DNA of 64,000 nt from a virus, in IMG/VR virus record IMGVR_UViG_3300033148_006964, positions 116,927 through 180,926 of that record. The stretch is one strand, 5' to 3'. Made by a program: the position numbers and the translations under genes. Shown piece after piece: positions 51,908 through 61,072 of this stretch (positions within the stretch are counted from its first letter, which is position 1; every line of letters begins with the position of its first letter). The notes below the pieces were generated by a model. It was not told the origin of the DNA. It saw only the letters and a list, made by a program, of their open reading frames with translations, and did no database searches.

Positions 51908-53275
51908 ATGGAAGGCCCTTCATTAACTTATGTACCTGTACCATGTATTTGTAGTGGTGTTATTAGTAGTTATATAGGTGAAGATGATGTATATGAAGTT
52001 GCTGTTTATGATTCTCCTGTAGGCGAACTAAATGGCCCTATTCATTGTGGTTTAATATATCCTCCAGGCTTTGACGGTAACTATAAACAAGGGACATATG
52101 TTAAACTTCTTATTCCATTTATGTTTGGTGGTGTTGAAGAGAAATTTATTGATATAGCTCCATCTGCTTCATATTACATTATTGGTACTTTTAATGAAGA
52201 AGTAATGGTTAAAGCTGATGTTGAAAACCCATTGGCTGAAAACGATGAGGATAAAATAAGGTTTATACATCCAAAAAGCAATGCTGGTATTACAGCTTCA
52301 GAAGATGGTAAAACAAAAGTTATATCAGGAGGTGTTTCTTATATACTATTAGCTGCTCTTGGCAATGGGACAATGGAAGAAGCTTCTTATTCAGCTGCAC
52401 AGAACTTTCATCGAGTTATAGCTAATAACGGCCCACTGTATCTTGCTAAAGAACATTTTGGTATGTATCGTGGTAAAGATTATGCTGATAAAGCTTTAAA
52501 TGTAATGCCTGATGATATGCTTATTAACTTTCGAAGATTTGTTACACAATCAAGATCTCCTGAGAACTGGGTGGCTACATGTGAAGGTGCATGGGCTCCT
52601 TTTGTCGGAGCCAATGTAAAGAACGATGAAGTAACGAAAGGAAAAGAGGTCTTATTCTCGAAAGCTGTAAATTATGGAGATTCTAGAATTACGATAGAAA
52701 TGGGTAATCCTGGGGATGAATTTATTAACTTAAGAGTTGATACTATTCCTATAAGTGAAAAAGCTATACCTATGGCTCCAGGTGCAACTCCGGCAGTAGT
52801 TGGTAATAAGTTTAAAATAAATATAAGTGATAGTGGAAAACTTGATATAAGAGCAGGTGGTAAAGGAATTCCAGCAAGTAATATTAATGGGTTGCATATA
52901 AGTATAGATGAATTAAATAATTTAACAATTCATGCTTCTGGTAAGATCACATTTTCTCATGGAGACACTGATGAAGCTAATAACTCTTTAGTTATGGACC
53001 CAAAAACAGGTATTGATATAACAGCATTAAATGGTTTTAGAGTAAATGGACTTGAAGTACTTACCAGAGCATTTCTTGATTGGTTTAATACGTATCAAGC
53101 ATCATTAGTCCAAGTTACAGGAATTGGGGCTCCAGCCCCTATAAGTATTGCTGCGTTACCGGACTTTATTGCAGGAGTTAAGAAGTTTGCAAAGGCGGGT
53201 GGGTTTTCCACAATAGGCAAAAGTGCACCGGCGAGTGGTGTTATTAAAGATGCTGATGCATTTAGAACAGTTTAA
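51908..53275 (+). CDS. Putative baseplate hub/spike (gp5/gpV-like) protein
   Basis: OB-fold-like N-terminus and beta-rich repetitive C-terminus; located in the structural block; weak call. Confidence 0.4.
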   Translation: MEGPSLTYVPVPCICSGVISSYIGEDDVYEVAVYDSPVGELNGPIHCGLIYPPGFDGNYKQGTYVKLLIPFMFGGVEEKFIDIAPSASYYIIGTFNEEVMVKADVENPLAENDEDKIRFIHPKSNAGITASEDGKTKVISGGVSYILLAALGNGTMEEASYSAAQNFHRVIANNGPLYLAKEHFGMYRGKDYADKALNVMPDDMLINFRRFVTQSRSPENWVATCEGAWAPFVGANVKNDEVTKGKEVLFSKAVNYGDSRITIEMGNPGDEFINLRVDTIPISEKAIPMAPGATPAVVGNKFKINISDSGKLDIRAGGKGIPASNINGLHISIDELNNLTIHASGKITFSHGDTDEANNSLVMDPKTGIDITALNGFRVNGLEVLTRAFLDWFNTYQASLVQVTGIGAPAPISIAALPDFIAGVKKFAKAGGFSTIGKSAPASGVIKDADAFRTV

Positions 53276-53292
53276 CAAGCTAGGGGATTAAA

Positions 53293-53769
53293 ATGGATAG
53301 TAAATCTGTAAAAGAAACAAAAAAGCATATTGGTAATGTTTACGATTTTATAAATAAGTTTCGGGCTGAATTACTTAATCGTGCAATTAAGCATGATAAA
53401 AGTAAATTAGAAGATCCTGAAGTTTCTATATTTGAAGAATTCACACCTAAACTTAAAAATAGTACATATAATAGCAATGAATATAAAGGTTTTTTAAAAG
53501 ATATGAAACCGGCACTTGATCACCATTATTCTAAAAATTCCCATCATCCGGAACATTATAAAAACGGTATAGACGGTATGAATTTGGTAGATATTATTGA
53601 GCTGTATTGTGATTGGGCTGCCGCCTCCATGAGGCATAGTGATGGAGACCTTAAGAAGAGTATTCAGATAAACAAGAAAAGATTTGATATGTCGGATCAA
53701 TTAACTAAGATATTTGAGAATTCAATGACATTGTTAGGAAAGAAGCTGGTAGTTAAAAAAGGCAAATAA
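53293..53769 (+). CDS. HD-like phosphohydrolase (DUF5662 type)
   Basis: RAIKHDKSKL...HHY..NSHHPEHY.NG..GMNLVD..E..CDW.AA..RH. Confidence 0.7.
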   Translation: MDSKSVKETKKHIGNVYDFINKFRAELLNRAIKHDKSKLEDPEVSIFEEFTPKLKNSTYNSNEYKGFLKDMKPALDHHYSKNSHHPEHYKNGIDGMNLVDIIELYCDWAAASMRHSDGDLKKSIQINKKRFDMSDQLTKIFENSMTLLGKKLVVKKGK

Positions 53770-53776
53770 TTTGCCT

Positions 53777-54001
53777 TTAATTTTTTCTGTCATAAAGAAC
53801 TTTTACACCTTTTTTTTCTAAGAACTTTATGATAGTGTTATTGATTATTATGTTTTTGCAAAGCCTTGTTTCGGCTTTTAAATGAATTTCCTTAATCTTA
53901 CCGATTTCTGCCCGATGACAAAGTTCCAGTAGTTTATAATTACCTGTTGTGGCTAAGTTTAACCATAATTGTTCTTCTGTATTATATTTACTTTTTTCCA
54001 T
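53777..54001 (-). CDS. Hypothetical protein
   Basis: GGGAG RBS; separated from the promoter at 55351 by the IS. Confidence 0.55.
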   Translation of the reverse strand: MEKSKYNTEEQLWLNLATTGNYKLLELCHRAEIGKIKEIHLKAETRLCKNIIINNTIIKFLEKKGVKVLYDRKN

Positions 54002-54014
54002 ATTTACTCCCTAT

Positions 54015-55341
54015 AAATAATGAACGAGAAAATCCATGGTTTTAGTTGTGAGATGAGGATAAACATATATTTATAAAAAATGCTTGTTTTTTATAAGAAA
54101 CTAATGTATATTATTATTATGTTAAAAACATATAAATATAGAATCTATCCAACTGAGGATCAAAAAGTTTTAATATCAAAAACTTTTGGTTGTTGTAGAA
54201 AGATATACAATTGGGCCCTTGATTTTAAGAATAAAAGATATTCACAATATGGAGATAATGTTAACAGGTATGAACTTGATAAAATGTTAACATTTTTAAA
54301 ATCTACAGATGAATTAAAATATCTTAACGAGGTTCATAGTCAATCTCTTCAGCAGGAACTTATTCATCTGGAAAAATCTTTTACAGGATTCTTTAAGAAG
54401 AAGAGTAAATATCCGAATTTTAAAAGCAAGAATAATAGACAATCATATTCTTGTCCGCAAGGGGTAAGAATTAATTCTAAAAATCAAAAAGTCTTTATAC
54501 CAAAGATAAAATATGTCGATTTGAAAATAGACAGACAATTTGATGGTAAGATAAAGACATGCACCGTAAATATGTCACCATCTCAAAAGTATTTTATATC
54601 AATGCTTGTTGATGACGGCAAAGAGCTTCCTTCAAAGAAAGATATAAATAAAGAAACTTCTATAGGCTTAGACGTTGGTATAAAAACATTTCTGACTGAT
54701 TCTAATGGAAACGAAGTTAAGAATCCAAGATTTTATCATAATTCTGAACCAAGAATAAAATGCTTGGGCAAAAGATTGTCAAGAAAAACCAAGGGTTCTA
54801 AGAATAGAAATAAGGCAAGAGTTAGACTTGCTATAAGATATGAGAAAACCTTAAATCAAAGGAAAGACTTTCTTCAAAAGCTTTCAACAAATATTATCAA
54901 AAACCACGATACTATATTTGTTGAAGATCTTGATATTAATAAAATGTTAAAGAATCAAAATTTATCTAAATTAATCAGTGATGTAAGTTGGTTTGAATTT
55001 TTTAGAATGCTTGAATATAAATCTGATTGGTATGGTAAAAATTTTATTAAAATTGGTAAATTTGATCCAAGTTCAAAAATGTGTAGATGCGGAATCATTA
55101 ACAAAGATTTAACTCTTAAGGATAGAACTTGGACTTGTAAAGAGTGCGGTTCTATTAATCAAAGAGATATCTTAGCCGCAGAAAACGTTAAGAAGTTTGG
55201 GTTATTAAGATTTAAGTATGATACATCGCCGGGCGGGCGAGGTGAGCCTGTGGAGCCGCTGTCATTAGACAGGGTTATGAAACAGGAAGCAATACAAGTG
55301 ATTGTATGAAATACATGACTTTAGTCGTGGGAGTATGTCAA
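54015..55341 (+). mobile_element. Non-autonomous IS200/IS605 (tnpB-only) element with degenerate ends
   Basis: LE-like GAAAATCCATGGTTTTAGTTGTGAGATG; RE-like CATGACTTTAGTCGTGGGAGTATGTCAA ending at 55341; left boundary approximate. Confidence 0.75.
54119..55309 (+). CDS. tnpB: TnpB RNA-guided endonuclease
   Basis: MLKTYKYRIYPT HTH; RuvC GLDVG / VEDL / QRDILAA; WTCKECG. Confidence 0.95.
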   Translation: MLKTYKYRIYPTEDQKVLISKTFGCCRKIYNWALDFKNKRYSQYGDNVNRYELDKMLTFLKSTDELKYLNEVHSQSLQQELIHLEKSFTGFFKKKSKYPNFKSKNNRQSYSCPQGVRINSKNQKVFIPKIKYVDLKIDRQFDGKIKTCTVNMSPSQKYFISMLVDDGKELPSKKDINKETSIGLDVGIKTFLTDSNGNEVKNPRFYHNSEPRIKCLGKRLSRKTKGSKNRNKARVRLAIRYEKTLNQRKDFLQKLSTNIIKNHDTIFVEDLDINKMLKNQNLSKLISDVSWFEFFRMLEYKSDWYGKNFIKIGKFDPSSKMCRCGIINKDLTLKDRTWTCKECGSINQRDILAAENVKKFGLLRFKYDTSPGGRGEPVEPLSLDRVMKQEAIQVIV

Positions 55342-55350
55342 CTCATTATT

Positions 55351-55379
55351 GTTATACCATATTTTTTAAATTAATAACT
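55351..55379 (-). promoter_or_regulatory. Repeated phage promoter/operator motif
   Basis: AGTTAT-N14-TGG-TATAAC. Confidence 0.6.
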
Positions 55380-55437
55380 AGCTTGCAATTTGTTATTATA
55401 TTATCATATATTATGTATATATCAAAAGGATGGTTGG

Positions 55438-55719
55438 ATGCCTATACCCAGACAAACAATGTCTGTCATTGGCAAATCTATAGTTGGTAGTATTAAAAAC
55501 TTTATGATTGCTAATGCTAACTCTATGGCTATACAGAAAGAATCAACTCCGGAAGAAGGGGCTGAAGCTATGGCTCATGCAATATCATACGGGATAGCAA
55601 AGGCTTTATCAACCCCCCAAATGCAAGCTGCGTTTTCTGCAGGGATAGCTCCACCTTCGGGAGGGCCTGTCGGTAGTTTGATCTTTCTTCAAATAAAAGC
55701 CAATACTTTAGAGGTCTAA
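55438..55719 (+). CDS. Small structural-type protein (paralog of 57370..57675)
   Basis: EEGAE.MA.AISYGIA.AL ... PP.GGPVGSLI. Confidence 0.65.
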   Translation: MPIPRQTMSVIGKSIVGSIKNFMIANANSMAIQKESTPEEGAEAMAHAISYGIAKALSTPQMQAAFSAGIAPPSGGPVGSLIFLQIKANTLEV

Positions 55720-55720
55720 T

Positions 55721-56140
55721 ATGGATAAGCGAGCATTATTAGAACAGGTCTATGAAAACTCATTTAGTGATGAGTTAATAAAGCTTTCTGATTTTGGTGA
55801 TATTACTAGAAAAGTTTTTGGTTATCATGATCTTAAAGAAGTGTCTAAAACGACTGGTATTCCAAAAAAAGATGTAGTTACGTATTACCATGGGTTGAGG
55901 GCTCCTAATAGAATGCTTTATAGTAAAGAGAATGTTGCTAAAGACATTAAAAATATATGGACACAAAGAGAAAAATATAATAAAGCACGTCAGAAGGTTA
56001 AGTTTTTAGATACAAAACCTGGCGGTAAAGAAGAAGCTGCTATATTAAAAACTCATGGTAAATCGTGGGATAAAATGCTAGGTAATCTTTTAAAAACGCG
56101 AAAAGGTTTAATGACAAAGTATCGTGATCTTAAAAATTAA
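55721..56140 (+). CDS. Leader-motif protein
   Basis: MDKRALLEQVYENSFSDELIKLS. Confidence 0.7.
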   Translation: MDKRALLEQVYENSFSDELIKLSDFGDITRKVFGYHDLKEVSKTTGIPKKDVVTYYHGLRAPNRMLYSKENVAKDIKNIWTQREKYNKARQKVKFLDTKPGGKEEAAILKTHGKSWDKMLGNLLKTRKGLMTKYRDLKN

Positions 56141-56157
56141 ATGGTGTGAGGTTTAAT

Positions 56158-56325
56158 ATGAATATTCATTTTGGGAAATTTGAAATATGTTTTAGAAACC
56201 ATACAGGTCTTCTTAGGAAAGCAATGAATCCAAGATATGAAATAATATTTGATAATACTGATAAATATATTGGGTTGTTTTTTGCGTTTTGGTATTTCGA
56301 TTTACAATTAAATAAATTTAAATAA
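56158..56325 (+). CDS. 55-aa protein, tandem duplicate 1
   Basis: Not in the track: MNIHFGKFEICFRNH...PRYEIIFDNTDKYIGL...NKFK. Confidence 0.65.
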   Translation: MNIHFGKFEICFRNHTGLLRKAMNPRYEIIFDNTDKYIGLFFAFWYFDLQLNKFK

Positions 56326-56341
56326 AAGATATGGGTTTAAT

Positions 56342-56512
56342 ATGCTTGATCTACATATTGGTAAATTTCAAGTATGGTTTAGAAATCATATAAAAGCTTA
56401 TAGGAAATTAATAAAACCAAGATATGAAATAACGTTTGATAACAATGATAAGTATATTGGATTGAATTTTTCATTTGGATATCTTGATTTGCGTTTTAAT
56501 AAATTTAAATAA
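56342..56512 (+). CDS. 56-aa protein, tandem duplicate 2
   Basis: Not in the track: MLDLHIGKFQVWFRNH...PRYEITFDNNDKYIGL...NKFK. Confidence 0.65.
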   Translation: MLDLHIGKFQVWFRNHIKAYRKLIKPRYEITFDNNDKYIGLNFSFGYLDLRFNKFK

Positions 56513-56524
56513 TAGGGGTATGGC

Positions 56525-56944
56525 ATGGATAAGCAAGCACTTTTAGAACAGGTCTATGAAGAGTCGTTTAAAGATGAGATGCAAAAAATTGCTGGTAAAA
56601 CATTAAAAGATGTTGGAACAGGTACATTAGTAGGCGCTGGAGTTGGTGGGACATTAGGTGCTGCTAAACTTTATAGAATGTTAAAACCTGTTAGTGGACT
56701 TTTACCGATGTTTTCAAAGTCGCAATTGATACAACAGGGTGCTAAGTATATCGGGAGTAAAGCTGGCAAAGGGGCCTTGCTAGGTGCTGGTGCCGCGTAT
56801 TTGCTTAGTAAAATAAAAAAAGTAGATAAAGAACGCAGTATTGGCGGTGGCGGACTTGCTGGTGCTGGTGGTGGAACTCGTCGCTTTGATAGTTCTGGTG
56901 GTGGTACTGGTAATTATGGAACACCTAATCAACCTGAAAATTAA
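56525..56944 (+). CDS. Leader-motif protein with glycine-zipper segments
   Basis: MDKQALLEQVYEESFKDEMQKIAG; GTLVGAGVGG, GALLGAGAA. Confidence 0.7.
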   Translation: MDKQALLEQVYEESFKDEMQKIAGKTLKDVGTGTLVGAGVGGTLGAAKLYRMLKPVSGLLPMFSKSQLIQQGAKYIGSKAGKGALLGAGAAYLLSKIKKVDKERSIGGGGLAGAGGGTRRFDSSGGGTGNYGTPNQPEN

Positions 56945-56956
56945 AGAGGTTTTAGC

Positions 56957-57370
56957 ATGGATAAGCAAGCGTTGTTAGAACAGGTCTATGAAGAGTCGTT
57001 TAATGATGAGTTGGAGAAGATAAGTGATGAAGTAAAGATACCTGAAGGCGGTCTTAAACCTGGCTTATTAATAAATGATTTAACACGACTTATGACAGAT
57101 GAAGACGCTAAACGTGTTAAAAAAAATAAAAATGTTTTTCTTAGATCAGGCCCTGGATTAATACCAGGAGCGCTTGTTGGTGCTGTAACAGGTAATACTT
57201 TACATTCTCTTTTATCAAAATCTTATAAGTTAAAAAGACCATATGGAGCTATTGCTGGTGGAGCATTATTACCATTAATCGCAATGATTGGATCTAAAGC
57301 TGGGTTATATGATAAACAAGCTTTATCAGCTGCAAAAAAAATGGTGCAAGACACTAAAAAGGAAAAATAA
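56957..57370 (+). CDS. Leader-motif protein with glycine-zipper segments
   Basis: MDKQALLEQVYEESFNDELEKIS; GALVGAVTG, GAIAGGA. Confidence 0.7.
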   Translation: MDKQALLEQVYEESFNDELEKISDEVKIPEGGLKPGLLINDLTRLMTDEDAKRVKKNKNVFLRSGPGLIPGALVGAVTGNTLHSLLSKSYKLKRPYGAIAGGALLPLIAMIGSKAGLYDKQALSAAKKMVQDTKKEK

Positions 57371-57675
57371 TGCCACAAATAAGATTTACAACCTCCGCTT
57401 TAGGTAATTATATAGAACCTAAGATAGAATCTTTTCTTAAGGGTAATATTACTTATATGAAGTCTTTAAAAGAATCAAGTCTTGAAGATGGTGCAGAAAC
57501 AATTGCTAATGCTATTTCTTATGGGATAGCAATAGCTCTTTCAAGTTCTATGATGCAGAGTTCTTTTTCTTTAGGAATATGCCCACCTCCTATTCCTCCA
57601 TCAGCAGTTACTCCTGGTGGGCCTGTTGGATCATTAATATATGCGGCTTTAAAGCCTCAAGTGTTGGAAATATAA
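57370..57675 (+). CDS. Small structural-type protein (paralog of 55438..55719)
   Basis: EDGAETIANAISYGIAIAL...PGGPVGSLI. Confidence 0.65.
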   Translation: MPQIRFTTSALGNYIEPKIESFLKGNITYMKSLKESSLEDGAETIANAISYGIAIALSSSMMQSSFSLGICPPPIPPSAVTPGGPVGSLIYAALKPQVLEI

Positions 57676-57676
57676 T

Positions 57677-58333
57677 ATGGATAAGCAAGCGATATTAGAA
57701 CAAGTATATAATAATTCGTTTGATAATGAATTGGTTAAAATATCGTCTAAACATCTAGTAACAAAGATATTTACAGTAGGTGGATTAACTGCAGCAGGAG
57801 CTTTAAGTGGGATAGGTTATGGGAATGTAACTTCATTAATAGCAAATATTAAAGCGGCTAAAGAAATTGAAAAAAAGATTAAAGAAGATATAGTTCCTGC
57901 CAAAACTATAATAAAAAAATATGCCCCTGATGTTGTGCATATTGGTGATGAAGATACTGCTAAGAAAAATTTATCTACATTCAAAAGAATAATAGTTAAA
58001 CCTGGGCTTGAAGGTAGAGGTGCATTTTATGTTTCAGGGAAAAAACCGATTATAGTTACTGCAAAAAATATAAATAAAAGTATTTTAGGTCATGAGATTG
58101 GCCATCATTTTGATAGACCTGTTAGTTTTAAAGGAAAAGTAAAGAATATATTTAGAAGTACGGTAAAAAGAGAGCAAGAAGCTTGGGATAAGTCACCGAT
58201 AAAAGTAGATCCTAAAGTTAAAGACGTAGCTCTTGGTACTTATAAAACATTAGCTAAACATCAAAATATAGGAGCTCTTATAGGAGCTCTCACAGGCGCT
58301 GGTCTTGGGACGTATTTAATAAAAAGTTTATAA
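57677..58333 (+). CDS. Leader-motif protein with an HExxH metallopeptidase motif
   Basis: MDKQAILEQVYNNSFDNELVKIS; ILGHEIGHH; downstream E in REQEAW; terminal glycine zippers. Confidence 0.7.
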   Translation: MDKQAILEQVYNNSFDNELVKISSKHLVTKIFTVGGLTAAGALSGIGYGNVTSLIANIKAAKEIEKKIKEDIVPAKTIIKKYAPDVVHIGDEDTAKKNLSTFKRIIVKPGLEGRGAFYVSGKKPIIVTAKNINKSILGHEIGHHFDRPVSFKGKVKNIFRSTVKREQEAWDKSPIKVDPKVKDVALGTYKTLAKHQNIGALIGALTGAGLGTYLIKSL

Positions 58334-58346
58334 AAATATAAAAAGG

Positions 58347-60569
58347 ATGGAATCTATGCTTAGTACAAAAGACGCAGTTATTCACCCACTGACATTTGAG
58401 AAGGTCGCTGATTATGATTTATCAACCGATTCTTCTGAATGGAACGATGAGATAATTAAATATTTCTATGAGCAGGTTCCTTATTTGCCAAAGGAAATGA
58501 ATTCAGACATTGTTGTTAATAATGTTGATGAAAATAAGGGTTATGCAAAAGGAAGTATTATCGTTTGGTTTAATGATAAAAAGATTAACTTTCCAGTGAT
58601 TGTTAATGATTTTAAATTAAGTCCTTTTGATACTTTTATTTATCAAGATGGTAACAAGTCAGAATATCATCCTGCAAATCTTAATAATATTAAATCAATA
58701 TTAGCTTCATCTCAGATTGGTACTGTAGATTCTCGTAGAAGTGGTTCTGATGGTTATAATAAAGATGTAAAACTTCCTGGTGATATCCAACCTAAAGATA
58801 CTGTACCGATTGATGATGTTGAAGTCGGTATGTATGGTTATCCCGGTGTTAAGATGTCTAGTTGGGCAGCGCATGCTAAAAAAGAAGACCTTGAGAAACT
58901 GGCAGTTCAAATGAAAGCAGAACCTGATGTAGCTAGTTCTTTTGTAGACAACAGTGGAGATCTTATTACTAATGTTATTAGTATGAAAGATAATGAGACT
59001 AAAACTATTAAAGATAGCCAAAAGGATGGCATTTTGGATTTGGATAATGTTATAGATGCCAAACGTGCTGTAACAGCTATTGATTTTGAAATGTTTGATG
59101 TTTCTAAATTAAAACCAGTAGAAGCTCCTTCAGTATGTGAACTTAGAATGTATGAATATCCTTCTATGGAAGATTTTATGGAAAGCGGAAAGAGCATGGC
59201 ATCCAGGTTTATGGCCACTAAAATAGGCAAACCCATTACAGGAATTATTATTGATTATAAAGATGAGTATGATTTTCGTAATGATAGAAATGAAGTAGAG
59301 TCTGCGTATTCATCTGATACTGATGCAGATAAATTAAAAAAAGTACGTAATAAACGTTCTCAGATATTTATATCGGCGGATGGTAAATATTATAGTAAAT
59401 ATAGAGATTATAATAAAACCGGAATAGGGTTTTACGGTTCAGAAATCTTAAATGTGCCTGGAGCTATTGAGAAAGTTGTTAAAATAATTTTTGAAAAAAC
59501 TTCAGATCAATTTTCGTTACTTAATCGTGATAATCGAGGGGATGGGGCTGATAAGAGTTTTGTGCCTAATAAAAACGCAAATCAGGGAATGGAAATGTAT
59601 TCAGATAATATGCCTACCGCTTACTCTCCTAGTGGAAATAATTTAATAGCTATATATGGAGCAGGTGATTCATATGAATCTATAGAATTTGAAGGTAAAT
59701 ATAAGCGTTATATAGTTAATGGTGCTAAAATATATGTTTCAAATAATACTGCTATTATACCAGCTAATGTAGCTGCACCTCAACTTGTTAATTCTGTAGA
59801 AGACCCTGTTTATAAGATGATCTTAGGAACTGGATCAAAATATATATATCTTATGCCTGAGAGTATAATTATAATAAATACTAAGTTTATGAAATGTCTT
59901 GATAAAAAAGATTTTATGAAACCAGATCTTTCAGTTCAGAAGACTTATGAAGATGCTGCTATTAAAAAAGTCGCTGTATTAGTAGATCCTTCACGTCATG
60001 GTTATTGTATAAGCGGAGAGCCATTTGAGTCGCTTCAGAAGATAGCTAGACTTACTGATGATTCAATTCTTTCTACTAAAGAAACACTTGCTGCTCTTAA
60101 TATAATGGGAATGGAAAAAGAAGCTGCTAATACTGTCCTTAAAGTTGCGCTTAATCGTCAACTTGAGAAAACTGCTTTAGATAAATCTGTTAATATATTT
60201 GGGTTAAGAAGTGATTATATTAATACTAAGGCATTTGAAGGTCAGGAAAAACAAGCTCGTATTAAAGATATATATCGTCAGATAGCTGATGATCTTCGTA
60301 AAGATCTTATAAAAGAAGCAAGTGTTTTAACCGATCCTGATGCCGTTGATGTAGTTCTTTCTCTTAATTATATAAACGAAGAAAACCTTAATATGTATAT
60401 TGAGAATATTCCAACTATGAATAAGATCATTGGCGTTCTTGCGCAGCTTCTTATAGCTTCTAGAATGGGGTTATCAGATATGAATGAAGGTGCGATTAAA
60501 AAGGCTATGGAAGGTCTTGATGATGTAGTTTCTGGTCTTGAAGATGTTAAACTAGCAATAGGTAAATAA
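58347..60569 (+). CDS. Large probable head-associated protein
   Basis: Repeated EKxA-type motifs (FEKVA, LEKLA, LEKTA); structural-block context; function is inference. Confidence 0.5.
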   Translation: MESMLSTKDAVIHPLTFEKVADYDLSTDSSEWNDEIIKYFYEQVPYLPKEMNSDIVVNNVDENKGYAKGSIIVWFNDKKINFPVIVNDFKLSPFDTFIYQDGNKSEYHPANLNNIKSILASSQIGTVDSRRSGSDGYNKDVKLPGDIQPKDTVPIDDVEVGMYGYPGVKMSSWAAHAKKEDLEKLAVQMKAEPDVASSFVDNSGDLITNVISMKDNETKTIKDSQKDGILDLDNVIDAKRAVTAIDFEMFDVSKLKPVEAPSVCELRMYEYPSMEDFMESGKSMASRFMATKIGKPITGIIIDYKDEYDFRNDRNEVESAYSSDTDADKLKKVRNKRSQIFISADGKYYSKYRDYNKTGIGFYGSEILNVPGAIEKVVKIIFEKTSDQFSLLNRDNRGDGADKSFVPNKNANQGMEMYSDNMPTAYSPSGNNLIAIYGAGDSYESIEFEGKYKRYIVNGAKIYVSNNTAIIPANVAAPQLVNSVEDPVYKMILGTGSKYIYLMPESIIIINTKFMKCLDKKDFMKPDLSVQKTYEDAAIKKVAVLVDPSRHGYCISGEPFESLQKIARLTDDSILSTKETLAALNIMGMEKEAANTVLKVALNRQLEKTALDKSVNIFGLRSDYINTKAFEGQEKQARIKDIYRQIADDLRKDLIKEASVLTDPDAVDVVLSLNYINEENLNMYIENIPTMNKIIGVLAQLLIASRMGLSDMNEGAIKKAMEGLDDVVSGLEDVKLAIGK

Positions 60570-60574
60570 TAGAA

Positions 60575-60820
60575 ATGATTAAAACATTTGAACATATTGT
60601 AGCAAAAGGTATTAAGAAGGCTTTGAAATATACTAAAGCTTTTGGTAAGACGGAAACTGGTAAAGACATTAAAGAAAAATATATGCCAGAAACTGAGGAG
60701 CAAAGGTTAAAAAGAATATTAGAAATAAATAAGGTAAGCGGCATGAAGGAAATATATAGAAGTTCTTTTTATGACGAGCTTGAAAAAATAAGCTTACAAA
60801 TCACAAGCGTTCATAGTTAA
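60575..60820 (+). CDS. Small protein carrying the leader motif at its C-terminus
   Basis: MKEIYRSSFYDELEKIS. Confidence 0.6.
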   Translation: MIKTFEHIVAKGIKKALKYTKAFGKTETGKDIKEKYMPETEEQRLKRILEINKVSGMKEIYRSSFYDELEKISLQITSVHS

Positions 60821-60857
60821 AAAAAAGGTGACAAGCCTAAAAGTTTAAGCAGTCACC
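60819..60857 (-). terminator. Intrinsic terminator
   Basis: GGTGAC/GTCACC stem followed by a T-run on minus. Confidence 0.7.
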
Positions 60858-60983
60858 CTTTCCCAGATTTATTATTTTTTCTACTTATTAACCATTTTAT
60901 GCAGTACCCGGTTGTTAATAAGCGTTGCCCTCGATGAGGGTTGTTAAGTACGCTTCTGCACAATAGCATACTTAACATTTTCT
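60820..60983 (-). ncRNA. Candidate stand-alone small RNA (~165 nt)
   Basis: Lies between the promoter motif at 60990 and the terminator at 60819; nested stems; no RBS for the only short ORF. Confidence 0.5.
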
Positions 60984-60989
60984 ATTATA

Positions 60990-61018
60990 GTTATACCACA
61001 TTATTGGAAAAAATAACA
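60990..61018 (-). promoter_or_regulatory. Repeated phage promoter/operator motif
   Basis: TGTTAT-N14-TGG-TATAAC. Confidence 0.7.
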
Positions 61019-61030
61019 TATATGATAGCT

Positions 61031-61065
61031 AAAAAAAAGGCTTATCCCGATCGGAGGATAAGCCT
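61031..61065 (-). terminator. Intrinsic terminator closing the RT operon
   Basis: AGGCTTATCC/GGATAAGCCT stem followed by T8 on minus. Confidence 0.85.
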
Positions 61066-61072
61066 AATATTA

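Noticed and set aside
4897-55309. Nuclease-dead TnpB (TldR-like) regulators
   Set aside because: All three TnpBs keep the RuvC D-E-D triad.
45489-60744. Minus-strand ORFs inside the RNAP and structural genes (45489, 51618, 53494, 55775, 58707, 58907, 60368, 60547)
   Set aside because: Antisense to strongly supported plus-strand genes.
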